64,000 nucleotides of DNA. Source: Octopus vulgaris. Lineage: Eukaryota. The position numbers were made by a program, and so were the translations under genes. The notes beneath the pieces were generated by a model that saw only the letters and a list, made by a program, of their open reading frames with translations, did not search any database and was not told the DNA's origin. Below are positions 1 through 11,432 of this stretch, one piece after another. Position 1 is the stretch's first letter. Each line of letters starts with the position of its first letter. The stretch is taken from assembly GCA_951406725.2 (NCBI GenBank), contig OX597831.1, positions 26,226,001-26,290,000 of the forward strand. Reading direction: 5' to 3'.

Positions 1-42
1 TACCTTTGGGTCTCAATGATACCATTATCTCTTATATATATA

Positions 43-155
43 TACTACACTCACGGAGTGGTTGGCGTTAGGAAGGGCATCCAGCTGTAGAAACATTGCC
101 AGATTAGACTGGAGCCTGGTGCAGCCTTCTGGCTTCCCAGAACCCCGGCGAACGT

Positions 156-158
<3 letters not shown>
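43..158 (+). mobile_element. Fragment of SINE family E (RTE-type 3' region)
   Basis: gagtggttggcgttaggaagggcatccagctgtagaaac matches, in reverse, copies at 23888-24240 and 39402-39950; truncated into (TA)n. Confidence 0.75.
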
Positions 159-203
<45 letters not shown>

Positions 204-348
204 ATATATTATATTTCTAATCACCAGAACATTACAAAAGTGATTCAAGGACATACTGTTTCATGCATACAAAGCCCTTTAGTCCTCTTTAGTGATTAGA
301 AATAAAAAAAAAACGTACATGTGTTTATGTACATATATTTATGTACGC

Positions 349-384
<36 letters not shown>

Positions 385-386
<2 letters not shown>

Positions 387-632
387 TATCTCCCCTTCTT
401 CCTAGCTCTCCTGTCTGACTACCTCTGTCCAGCCATCACCATGATTGACCACTAGCTATTAAAGCTTTCTTTTTTTATTCTCTCTCTGTTTATTTTCTCG
501 TGTTCCTTTCTGTTGAAGAGCGTAGGCTCAAAACATAAAAGACTTTCTCACCTTCCCGAGCATTAAACTAATACACCTGTTTGTTGTTTATACACCTGTC
601 TTCGTCTTCTGTCTTTTTGTAAATTCCACCTA
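385..632 (+). mobile_element. Penelope-like element terminal (pLTR/3'UTR) fragment
   Basis: Pyrimidine-rich segment between microsatellites carrying a hammerhead-like motif; homologous to 56480-56700. Confidence 0.6.
506..541 (+). ncRNA. Degenerate minimal hammerhead ribozyme (type I)
   Basis: cttt-CTGTTGA-A-GAGC-gtag-GCTC-AAAAC-ATA-aaag: helix I cttt/aaag, helix II GAGC/GCTC; expected GAAACGTA decayed by two CpG transitions. Confidence 0.6.
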
Positions 633-1114
633 TATATATATATATATATGTTATATGTGCGTATGTATAGCAGTATTGTGTGTATGTATAGCAGTATGTA
701 TATGTGTGTATAAGTGTGTTTGCGCATATACTTTACTGGATGTGTGGGTTAATCGATTGATAATATTTTAAAGAAAATCTCATGTATTTATGTTTGTGCT
801 GACTTATTTTAAATATGCCTCATATTTAAAATTCTTTAAATTTCATTAATTCTATGAAGGGCAAACTTAAATTTCTAGTTATGAAATAGAAAGTATATAA
901 ATGTAAGCTTGACATTTTAATGTCACATATTTCCAAGGATGTAATAAAGTTATATTCCTGGATGATAACGTGCAACTCCTAATAATTTATTTAATATTTC
1001 AATTTGAAAATGATATTCTTTTAGAATAGATAAATATTTAAATGATATAGTTGTAGGTATAAACTTAATATAACACACATACACACACACAAACACACAT
1101 ATATATATCATCTT

Positions 1115-1350
1115 TCACATCATCATTTTAATGTCAACATTTCTGTGTTTGCATGGTTCAGATGGAATTCAATGAGGCAGATTTGCTATGCCAAGATGGC
1201 CTTCTTGTTGCTACCCCTTCCATGTTTCCAGTTTCCAATTAAGAGTGTATTTCCCCATGGCTGGCCATGTTTTTGCGGAAGACTGGAAACGAAGGACACA
1301 TGTTGAATAATGGTGATGTTTGTTTATTAAAACAACTACATGATGACAAC
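1115..1350 (-). mobile_element. Old SINE 3' fragment with (GAT)n RTE-type tail
   Basis: Reverse complement resembles the 3' half of 61586-62012 and ends in (cat)n on the plus strand. Confidence 0.5.
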
Positions 1351-1374
1351 ACAAGCACACACACACACACACTC

Positions 1375-1423
<49 letters not shown>

Positions 1424-1461
1424 CATATATAAATCTATATGCCTGTATACATATATATTTT

Positions 1462-1687
1462 TCAGAGGATGTCACATTTTCAATATGTGACTTTGTGTGT
1501 ATCGTTGACGATTTTCTTTCTCCGTCTTACCTTCTTTGGACTTTTTCCTTTTTTCTATATTTCTGACGAAGAGCTCTGCTCGAAATGTTAAATCCTCCTT
1601 CTTTCTTTCCTTTCCTGAGCGTCCAATAACTCTATACTTGTTTCACATCCTTGCATTGTTATGTTTTCTCTTTGTTCATATTTGGAT

Positions 1688-1692
<5 letters not shown>
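1462..1692 (+). mobile_element. Penelope-like terminal fragment in (TA)n
   Basis: Flanked by (TA)n; contains a hammerhead core; same layout as 385-632. Confidence 0.6.
1559..1593 (+). ncRNA. Minimal hammerhead ribozyme, near-intact
   Basis: attt-CTGACGA-A-GAGC-tct-GCTC-GAAA-TGT-T-aaat: canonical CUGANGA and GAAA boxes; helix III palindrome ACGT decayed to ATGT. Confidence 0.7.
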
Positions 1693-1743
<51 letters not shown>

Positions 1744-1748
1744 TATAT

Positions 1749-1804
1749 CAAAAGGATGCGTTATAATATTATTCCACAGCCATACCATTTATCCAACATA
1801 TATG

Positions 1805-1849
<45 letters not shown>

Positions 1850-1927
1850 ATATATATATACATATATATATCAAAAGGATGCGTTATAATATTATTCCAC
1901 AGCCATACCATTTATCCAACATATATG

Positions 1928-1989
<62 letters not shown>

Positions 1990-1996
1990 TTATAAT
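1749..1996. repeat. Tandem duplication of ~50-bp unique island within (TA)n
   Basis: caaaaggatgcgttataatattattccacagccataccatttatccaacat at 1749 and 1872, plus partial gcgttataat near 1987. Confidence 0.9.
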
Positions 1997-2032
1997 ATAT
2001 ATATATATATATGCATACATATATATAAGTAG

Positions 2033-2345
2033 AGAAGGCATACGGTTCAGTGGTTAGAGCATTGGGTTCACAATCATGAGGCAGTGAGTTCAATCCCTAG
2101 ACCAGGATTGAGTTGTGTTCTTGAGCAAGACACTTTATTTCACGTTGCTCCAGTTCACTCAGCTGTAGAAATGAGTTGCAACGTCATTGGTGCCAAGCTG
2201 CATTGGCTTTTGCTTTTCCCTTGGATAACATTGGTGGCATGGAGATGGGATGCTGGTATTCCATTAACAACCTTGCTCGCACTTGTGCCTTGGAGGTGGA
2301 ATCATGTGCTTTCTAGGTGAAATTCCATGACTGTAAGTGGGTCTG
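2033..2345 (+). mobile_element. tRNA-headed SINE family C
   Basis: A box ggttcagtggttagagc, B box gagttcaatccc, CORE-like cttgagcaagacacttt; reverse copies at 7193 and 19914. Confidence 0.85.
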
Positions 2346-2429
2346 CTTGCATATATATATATATATCTTTACTTCATATACATATTATATATACATATAT
2401 ATATATATAAATGATAGATACATATATAT

Positions 2430-2575
2430 GTGGAGGCTTATATAACCGGGCGTACTAGAGGCCCGCATATATATATATACTTCCTGTTTCTGTTGTAATT
2501 TCAAAGGGCCGGCCTGTATACATGTATAATTACGTATATATATATATATATATATATATATAACCGACGGAGTGC
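2430..2575 (+). mobile_element. Collinear SINE fragments interleaved with (TA)n
   Basis: gtggaggc, accgggcgt, tttcaaagggccggcct and taaccgacggagtgc occur in SINE order (cf. 32084 head, 26194 tail). Confidence 0.55.
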
Positions 2576-2608
2576 ATATATATATATATATATATATATA
2601 CATATTAT

Positions 2609-2870
2609 AGAGGAATGACCTCTAAGTGGACATCCTTATGCTAGATGTCAACCCCCTATGGTCTTACCACTAAGAAAGGAATGTTCTTAGTGGTAAGACC
2701 ATAAGGAGTTGACTTCTATCATATGGATGTCCACTTAGTGGTCATCCTTCTTAGATGCATGTAATGTAATTTTTCTGAATCTTCAGATTTTTCTATATGC
2801 TAGACCACTGGTTTTAGATTGATATTAATCAAATTAATATTCAATTTTTCACCCTTCTAATTTCAAAATT
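2609..2870. mobile_element. Fold-back element in (TA)n (Penelope-type inverted end)
   Basis: Hairpin 2613-2747 with ~64-bp arms, then tail atgctagaccactgg...cacccttctaatttcaaaatt shared with 51639-51835 and (reverse) 10990-11080. Confidence 0.65.
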
Positions 2871-2952
2871 ATATATATATATATATAAAATTATATCACC
2901 TCATTCATTCAGAGTTTGCCATTTCTGCATCTTTGATTGTGAATCATTGAAT

Positions 2953-3042
<90 letters not shown>

Positions 3043-3050
3043 CAAGATAT

Positions 3051-3200
3051 ATACTCCAAGATGACACCAAGCCTCCGGAGATCATCCTTAATCATGTGCA
3101 ACCACCTGGTCTGCGGCTTACTGCAGGTCCTCTTCCAAACTGCAGCTGCTAATAAAAATAATAAAAATCATGGTAAAAGAAACAAATAGCTAATTTATCG

Positions 3201-3207
<7 letters not shown>
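3051..3207 (-). repeat. Inverted local copy of 3980-4136 inserted in (TA)n
   Basis: 157-bp reverse complement with about 7 mismatches; spans the LINE/flank junction near 4035. Confidence 0.9.
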
Positions 3208-3260
<53 letters not shown>

Positions 3261-3272
3261 ACTTATACATGC

Positions 3273-3317
<45 letters not shown>

Positions 3318-3318
3318 G

Positions 3319-3349
<31 letters not shown>

Positions 3350-4035
3350 GTATATATATATTATATATTTGTATATATATGTATATATGTATATATATAT
3401 GTGTATATATATATATGTATATATATGTGTATATATATATATGTATATATATGTGTATATATATATGTGTATATATATGTGTATATATATATATGTATAT
3501 ATATGTGTGTATATATATATATATGTATATATACAAGTAATGTTTGTTGCCATTTTAACAAAACAGCCATGTTGAAGTGGCAACAAAAATTACTTCTCAG
3601 AATAGTTGCTGCTTTCATATCTTCTAGAGATTTTTTAACTAGCTACTTTGCTTGTAATATGTATATATGTATGCATATATTCATACACAGAGGTAGTGGG
3701 GAAACAATAGCTAGACTTAATACAATTTAGTGATAGCATAATATTTTAATGTCTGAAAAACTTTTAGTATTAAAAAACAAAATTGGTAAAAATAAATTTG
3801 AAAGATTACATATTGAGATAAATAAAATAAGCATAGATATCTTTTAAAATGGGAATATATAATAAATATAATATGACTTGTTGTCACTGAGCGTTGTGTT
3901 AGTATAAAAATGTTTTGGAGGCTACCAACAGCTGCTGTAGGGTAGAAATTAATAAAACTGAGAATTTTCACAACCAAACTATTAAAGGATAAATTAGCTA
4001 TTTGTTTCTTTATCCATGATTTTTATTATTTTTAT

Positions 4036-4265
4036 TAGCAGCTGCGGTCTGGAAGAGGACCTGCAGTAAGCCGCAGACCAGGTGGTTGCACATGATTAAG
4101 GATGATCCACGGAGGCTTGGTGTCATCTTGGAGTATGCAGAGGGACTGGGATGCTCTGGTGGACTGAGTCAGCTCTTTGCGCGGTGATGCCTCTGAGACC
4201 ACTAACCTGGGATGACCCCCGCTCCACCATGCAAGGGCATCATGCAAAAAGCAAGCAAGCAAGTT
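4036..4265 (+). mobile_element. RTE-clade LINE 3' end (5'-truncated)
   Basis: Translates WKRTCSKPQTRWLHMIKDDPRRLGV, like RTE C-terminal WKRPRGRPxTRW; ends in a (gcaa)n tail. Confidence 0.7.
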
Positions 4266-4411
4266 TTGTCTGAAGAACAGGATTGTGTCTGTTGCCTTGG
4301 CAAGCCTTCCATAACTATTATATACAAACAGAGTAGTTATAAGTACTTGTCCATGTGTGCGTGTGTGTGGATGAGAATAGAGAGATGAGTTTGGTTGTGT
4401 ACTGCTGACAG

Positions 4412-4896
4412 ATGACATGCATAAGATCAGGTCATCAAATCTAAGTAGAGACTTCAAACTTGAAATCTTCAAAGCCACAGTCGAACCAATTCTACTATAT
4501 GGCTCAGAAACCTGGACGTTATCAAAGAAGCTTGAGAGGCAGTTGGATGGAACCTACACTCACCTCCTTATGAGAGCTCAAAATCTCTTGTGGAAGCGTC
4601 ATCCAACCAAAATGCAAATATATGGGAAACTACCACCTGTGTCATCTCTTGTGAAAGGTAGGAGAGTCCAGTTTGCTGGACATTGTTGTAGAGCTGAAAA
4701 CGAAGCAATTTCTACTCTTCTCCTCTGGAAGCCATCTACTCGCAATACCAGAGGGCGCACACTCTCCTACCCTGATGTAATCTCCAGGCATACAGGCATC
4801 CAGCAACAGGACCTCCATAACGCTATGATGGGCCGTGAAGTCTGGCGTAGCATGGTAAATTCCATTGTCTCGACCACAGTCGAACAATGATGATGA
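4412..4896 (+). mobile_element. RTE-clade LINE 3' fragment (post-RT domain)
   Basis: ORF 4417-4890 with IFKATVEPILLYGSETWTL, RRVQFAGHCCR, LLWKP and VWRSMV; (tga)n tail. Confidence 0.9.
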
Positions 4897-5359
4897 ATAA
4901 TGCTGACTGATGGCTGAGCTCATAACAGGGGTTTCAGTGGATATGCTCATCTATATATTGTGTTTCATCTACACATTTTTGTGTGGTCTGATATATAAAC
5001 TTGTCTGTGTGTGTGTGTGTGTGTGCATGTGTATGTGTTCATTTGCATGAGTGCACCAATGTGTCAGTCTAATTGTAATGTGAGAGTGGGTTCATATATT
5101 TGATATGAATAATTATTGAACATACTTGGTTGTTTCTGTATATATATACACATGTATAATATAATTTGTGTGTACCATGCACATGTATATAATATTTGTC
5201 TGCCTATATTGCATGTATATATCTATGTGTATATTTGTATGTAGATGCAGAAATGTTTGTTCATGTATTTTGATAAAAAAGATTGCTGTCTGCGTTTTAT
5301 GTCATTAATGGTTGACCATGCATGCAGTGTGTGTGTGTACATGTGTTGTGTGTGTCAGA

Positions 5360-5845
5360 GGAGATGTTGAAGGAAGATGGATGGTGCATTGAGCATGGAT
5401 GTGGTTTTGGATATAAAAATAAAATGCTTCTCTCTACAAAACTTAAAGCTAGAAGTTCCACTGTGTAAAACCAATCCAAACACTCTGAGATGGTGTGATG
5501 AGTGGTCCATGGAGCAGAAGCAGTGAGAGTCAGAGGCTTGATTGCCAAGTTGGGTGTCACAAAGTTGATCTGTGAACCAGTCAGCTAAATGGTTGCTGGT
5601 TTCACTGGTGCACATGGTATTGCAGAGAGAGCATTTTAAGAAGTAGATTATACCAGTAGAGATGCAGGTGAAGGAATCAGAAATGTGGAAGGTGTGGTGG
5701 GCAGTTGGGTCCTGTGAGAGAAGTGGTGTCAGTGACGAATGGACAGATGTAACAGAGAGGGCAGGAACGAGGGGTGGAACAAGAAAAGCCAGGAGTGGAG
5801 GCAGCTACAGCCCAGTAAGGAACAGAAGTTATGGACATGCTTGAA
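5360..5845 (-). pseudogene. Penelope-like element GIY-YIG endonuclease remnant
   Basis: Minus strand FHISDSFTCISTGIIYFLKCSLCNTMCTSETSNHLADWFTDQL...REKHFIF fits PLE FTCxSxNxIY-xxCxxC-YIGET-xRLxxRFxEH. Confidence 0.8.
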
Positions 5846-7150
5846 TGAAGCAAGAGGTGGATTAGGAAATCTTATATTTATATTTATATAAATATATATC
5901 ATGTTTCATGAGATTAAATATGTTGTATATTTAATCTTCTATCTTTTATTCAGCTTATTTTGTAAGTCTTATTTTATTTCATTTTCTCAATTCTTAATCT
6001 ATTTGATGCAATCCTTTACTATTCTTTTGATGTTTGGTTTAATCCTAATCTACAGCAGTTGAGACACAGCATGTAGCATTGAAAATATGTTTTTACTGGC
6101 AGTTGACTCTTGGCATTAACCAGTTACCTCAACCACATGAAATATGAACCAATGAAGGAGACTTTCTATTCAGCAGCTTGACCAGCTTGAAACAGCAGTC
6201 AAGTTGCATTTAGCACACTATTATCTGAAGCAAAAGAAGGATATATTGGATATCATATCATACACAATGGTTGAGGAAAAGTTGTAATGGTCATAGATGG
6301 AATGTCGTTGATCATCACTCTGCTGGATCAGGGATGACATCAGACTAAACCATTACCAAAGACATTCAATCAACCTGTATCAGTGTAATGCTCTATTGGT
6401 TTTGTTTGAATTTACATATATTCATGTGTGTGTGTGTGAGAGAGAGAGTGAGAGAGAGTGAGAGAGAGAGAGGGAGTTGATATGATATGTTAAAGAAAGT
6501 TGGTTTGGTAGAACTAGTAGAGTGACCAACAAGATAGCTTACAGCATTTAGTTGTGTATGTTTTCAGTCTGAGTTCAAACCCTGTCATGCTCGACTTTGC
6601 TTTAAGTTAAGTACTAGCTATTAAAACTTCAATACCCACCACCAAAAGAAAAAAAGGTGTGTCCTTTTCCTCTGTTAGAGATCAATATTATATACTAAAT
6701 AATCAATAGTATACATTTAACTTATAATGGTAATTTTGTATCTAAATAAACTTTCGCTACTAAAACTTCCTGTTGAAACAAGCACATAATCTGTGAGGAC
6801 ACTGGATTCTAATCTTATACTTATTTGAATAAGTATACATAATCATCTCACATACACACACACACACACACACATATGTAGTGTGATGCATGTGTATGTG
6901 TGTGCATGGGTCTATGATTTCATTTGCATTGAACATCTTTGAAAACTGCGAACAACAATTATTCATGTTACAATTTCTTTTGTGAACGAAATATCAGCTG
7001 GGTTTGCACATTTGAAATAACAGATCTCTTACCTGTAAAGCAGGTAAGGGCTAGTGACAGGAAGGGCATCTACTTATGAAAGGTTTTCATATTAATATAC
7101 TCAACTAACCCATACGGGCATGATAAACTGAACTTGCAACAAATGAATAC

Positions 7151-7186
<36 letters not shown>

Positions 7187-7192
7187 GCAGAG

Positions 7193-7524
7193 TCCCCCTT
7201 CAGTCATGACTGACCATGGGATTGCACCTAGAAAGTTACCCTTCCAGGCACAAGTTCAGGCAACATTGTTTACGGAAAACCACCAGTTGCCCATGCATAC
7301 CGGCCTCCCCTCTCCACGCCACCAGTGTTATCCAAGAGAAAGGCAAAGGCCAATATAGCTTGGAACCTTTGACATTGCAACTCATTTCTACAGCTTAGTA
7401 AACTGGAGCAATGTGAAATAAAGTGTCTTGCTCAAGAACACAACATGCAGCCTGGTCCGGGATTCAAACTCACAATCTCATGATCGTAAGCTTGACGCTC
7501 TAACCACTGAGCCATGTGCCTTCA
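7193..7524 (-). mobile_element. SINE family C, full length
   Basis: Reverse complement of 2033-2345 type with A and B boxes. Confidence 0.85.
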
Positions 7525-7695
7525 TATAAATATATACATATGTGTATATATATATATATAAATCTACAAATATATATATGTATGTATATGTATCTATCTA
7601 TATATATATAAATATATATATGTAAGTATATATATATATATACATATGTATATATGTATGTATATATATATATACATATATATATAAGTTTTATA

Positions 7696-7726
<31 letters not shown>

Positions 7727-7727
7727 C

Positions 7728-8150
7728 TTAGATAATTTAGATATGTTTCAATCGAAGATTGGTCCAGGCCATATCTAACTTAATAGCATCACCTGAGAGG
7801 ATTACCTACATCTTCTAATGTCAAGTTTTGTGGTATCATGGTCCATTCAAGTAGGGAGTTCTTATCGAGTGAGTTGTATCCAGGTATAGGTGGTTTATCA
7901 GGTATTTCTTGAAATCTTTGTCCAGATTTCAGTTAAAGATGATGGGATCTTTTTCCTCTTTGGTCTGTTTTGAGACAATGTTAACTAAGGCAGGCCCTGC
8001 TGAGAAAAGGAAAACTGTGTTGCAGTGTAATTATGTGTTGTGATCCTGAATTGGATAGGGGACATATGGCTCATGGTCCTAGCCTTGGATGAATTCTGAA
8101 ACTAATGTTGAGGTCTTTTGGGCAATGCTGGTGCTATATCCTCCACATTG
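7728..8150 (-). mobile_element. CR1/L2-type LINE 3' end
   Basis: Minus strand CPKDLNISFRIHPRLGP...FQEIPDKPPIPGYNSLDKNSLLEW with stops and frameshifts, then short 3'UTR into (TA)n. Confidence 0.7.
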
Positions 8151-8597
8151 TGGCGCTGCTGGACAAAATAGACTTTCAATGCTTTAAGGCAAGATACAGT
8201 GTATAATACTGCTCTATCTACTGAATATGGCCAATAATATTAAAAAATGCTGCCAGATAGAAAACAAAATTAGGCACTAATAAACGCTTGGTATACTCAT
8301 CTTAATGATAGTATAAAAGCTAATGTCTGCTGTAAAATCGCCTATATATACATATATATATATATATATATAAGTATATATTTACATATACATATATGTA
8401 TATACATTTATATATTTATGCATATATATATATATATATATATATTTATTTATTTATCTATATTTATATATATATACATATAGGTATGTATGTATATATA
8501 TATATATATTCTTATATCGGAATGGTCATTTTGCCAGTTTAGTCAATAAAATCTTGCACAACAAATATATAAACGCATATATATATATATATATATA

Positions 8598-8828
8598 AGG
8601 ATATAATGGTTAGACAAGAGAAAATCATTCACATCATGTACCTTTACATATATTTTAGTGTTATAATATTGATATAATCACATCTTCAGAAGATGAATGT
8701 AAAATAAAATACATATATTAGCATTGATTCACTTTCTGGGATGCATAGATTAGAGTGTAATGGATTACCTAGAGTTCTAGATAAATGATCAATGCTCACA
8801 TGCCAAGCTTATAGACACATTAATACTA
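8598..8828 (-). mobile_element. Penelope-like terminal fragment with decayed hammerhead (8642-8692)
   Basis: Minus strand ctt-CTGAAGA-T-GTG-attata..tataa-CAC-tAAA-atatatGTA-aag; (TA)n on both sides. Confidence 0.45.
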
Positions 8829-8830
8829 TA

Positions 8831-8897
<67 letters not shown>

Positions 8898-8919
8898 GTA
8901 TATATATATATTATATTGT

Positions 8920-9342
8920 TTATCTTTTATTTGTTTTAGCTGTTAGATTGTGACCATGCTGGGGCACTGCCTTGAGGAGATTTTATTTGAACAAATTAGC
9001 AGCAGTCCTCATTTTTAAGTCTGATCCTTATTTTATCAGTCTCTTTTGTCAAAGTGCTAAGTTAAAGAGATGTAAAGAAACAAATACTGGTTGTCAAGCA
9101 ATAGTGGGGGACAAACACAGACACAAAGATACACACACACATACACATACACACACATATATACACTTTTCACCTCTTTCAATTTCTGTATACCAAATCC
9201 ACTGACAAAACTTTGGTCAGGTCAAGGCTATAGCAGAATAGCAAAAGGCAGTTACCCAAGGTGCCATGCTGTAGGACTAAACCTGAAACAATGTAGTTCA
9301 GAAGTAAAAATAAACTCCTACCACATGGCCATGTCTGCACCT
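8920..9342 (-). mobile_element. SINE family A (diverged)
   Basis: Reverse complement of adjacent 9360-9752. Confidence 0.8.
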
Positions 9343-9359
9343 CTAATATATATTTGTAT

Positions 9360-9752
9360 AGGCGTAGGAGTGGCTGTGTGGTAAGTAGCTTGCTTATGAA
9401 CCACATGGTTCTGGGTTCAATCCCACTGCATGGCTCCTTGGGCAAGTGTCTTCTACTATAGCCTCGAGCCAACCAAAGCCTTGTGAGTGGATTTGGTAGA
9501 TGGAAACTGAAAGAAGCCCATCGTATATAAGTGTATATGTGTGTGTGTGTCTGTGTTTGTCTCCCCAACATTGCTTGACAACTGATACTGATATGTTTAT
9601 GTCCCCGTAACTTAGTGGTTCGGTAAAAGACACCAATAGAATAAGTACCAGGCTTACAAAGAATAAGTCCTGGGGTCGATTTGCTCGACTAAAGGTGGTG
9701 CTCCAGCATGGCCACAGCCAAATGACTGAAACAAGTAAAAGAGTAAAGAGTA
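9360..9752 (+). mobile_element. tRNA-headed SINE family A, full length
   Basis: A box tggctgtgtgg, B box ggttcaatccc, gtgagtggatttggtagatggaaactg, internal TA/TG tract, (aaagagt)n tail. Confidence 0.9.
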
Positions 9753-10007
9753 TAATATGTATCTATCTTATATATATATGTTTGTATATATATATATATG
9801 TTTGTATATATATATATATATATATATTCATATTTGTAGTTATTAGTTACATAGCTATTTATGTGTGTCCATATTGTACATATGCATATGTACATTCATA
9901 TAAATGTTTATAATCATATACTTACAAACACACACATTTATAAATGTTTACATAAGTATGTATGTATAAATACATCTGTGTGTATATACATATGTATATA
10001 AATATAT

Positions 10008-10300
10008 AATTAGAGTTAAGCAACAGGTTGCGTAACCCTAATTGCCTATGTGAGTTACAAGTAATGGTATATGTGGAGCTATATTTGTAGTAAATAGGAA
10101 TAAGCGGTCTTTGGCTGCTATTTCTAAGTTTTCGGTATGTCGTTAAGCAACCTGTTGCTTAACCCTAATTATATATATATATATAAAAACTTTTTCTAAA
10201 AGTTCTTACCAATTATGGTTCTCTTTTCATACTGATAACTACTTGGTAATAATTATTAATTTTAAAATTAATAATTATTTACCCTTATATTAGTAATCAT
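10008..10300. mobile_element. Fold-back element in (TA)n
   Basis: aattagagttaagcaacaggttgcgtaac ... gttaagcaacctgttgcttaaccctaatt (10008-10170), then an AT-rich tail like the 2609 family. Confidence 0.55.
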
Positions 10301-10311
10301 ATATATATATA

Positions 10312-10706
10312 CTAGCAGTATCGCCCGGCGTTGCTCGGGTTTGTAAGGGAAATAACTATATAAGTATTTTTAGAGATGTAAAGTATAGTAGCCATCTCAA
10401 TATGGCTAACCACAAAAGGGGGTGGTTACTGTAGTTTTTACGTTCTGAGATTTAATAATAAATTTTTAGAGAGTTACTTCCCTTATATATGCCAAAAATG
10501 CATTAAAAATGTGAAAAATTGATGGTAAATTTTTTTTTAAATCGTAGACTCATCGTAGACGCGCGCTAATACCCAGAAGGGCTCGATATGAATCACAACT
10601 ATAAGATACCCAGTTTTGGTTAAACTGCACCGCAAAATGTGGGAGTAGTTAGGAATCTAAATCGTAGGAGACAGACAGCACACAACCTCACTTTTATATA
10701 TAAAGA
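10312..10706 (-). mobile_element. Non-autonomous Helitron
   Basis: Minus strand starts TC(tttatatataaaag), ends with hairpin cccgagcaacgccggg followed by CTAG; inserted between A and T without TSD. Confidence 0.8.
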
Positions 10707-10989
10707 TAACTTAATATTGGGTATCAGTCAGTTATTTTTTAATTATGTAATGACAAACATGCTTTTCTCCAAACAATCTGCTCCTTCGTCGTTTTCCTCC
10801 ACCCAGGACTTTCTTCCTTTATTTAATGAATAGCCATGCTCAAAATGTCATTTCCATTCCAACTTTTCTGACCAAAACTCTCACTGACCATCAATTTGAT
10901 ATTTTCACTGTGTACCTCAATTGACTTTTTTTTGTTCTATTCTTGCTTTTTTATTATGGATTTGCCTGTATATATATATATAATGACCT

Positions 10990-11080
10990 TAAAATTGAAT
11001 AAGGGTAGAAATTGATATTAATCAATTAAAACCAGTGGCCTAGCATATTAAAAAAATTTGATGTATGTAAAACTTTTATA
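10990..11080 (-). mobile_element. Tail fragment of the fold-back/Penelope-type family
   Basis: aagggtagaaattgatattaatcaattaaaaccagtggcctagcata is the reverse of the tail at 2796-2860. Confidence 0.6.
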
Positions 11081-11096
11081 TATAATGACCTATATA

Positions 11097-11361
11097 TCAC
11101 CGTGACCGACCAGGCTATCAGATGTTGCTACACATCGCTGGTCACAATGCGCTTCACATTGTTTTAGCCTTCAAATGACGCCACCTCGCTGGCTCAGTGA
11201 GCAGGCCAACAGAAGAAAGAGTGAGAGAAAGTTGTGGTGAAAGAGTACAGCAGGGATCGTCACTACCCCCTGCCGGAGCCTCGTGGAGCTTTAGGTGTTT
11301 TTGCTCAATAAGCACTCACAACGCGAGTCCGCTGCCCTAACCACTGGGCCATTGCACCTCC
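11097..11361 (-). mobile_element. tRNA-headed SINE family D with 14-bp TSD
   Basis: TSD taatgacctatata at 11083-11096 and 11362-11375; homologous to 50481-50729. Confidence 0.9.
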
Positions 11362-11432
11362 TAATGACCTATATACAGGGGTTATACCTTGCTCAGAAAT
11401 TTATTATTGCTCATATATATATATATATATTC

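Noticed and set aside
1536-3730. Many YI/IY-rich ORFs (also near 16.1 kb, 28.8 kb and 63.3 kb)
   Set aside because: Translations of (TA)n/(TG)n microsatellites
9361-9430. tRNA-like A/B boxes (many places)
   Set aside because: SINE heads without a complete cloverleaf, not tRNA genes
9179-9636. Recurrent ORFs such as LLSVSIYQIHSQGFG...EDTCPR
   Set aside because: Antisense translations of non-coding SINE family A
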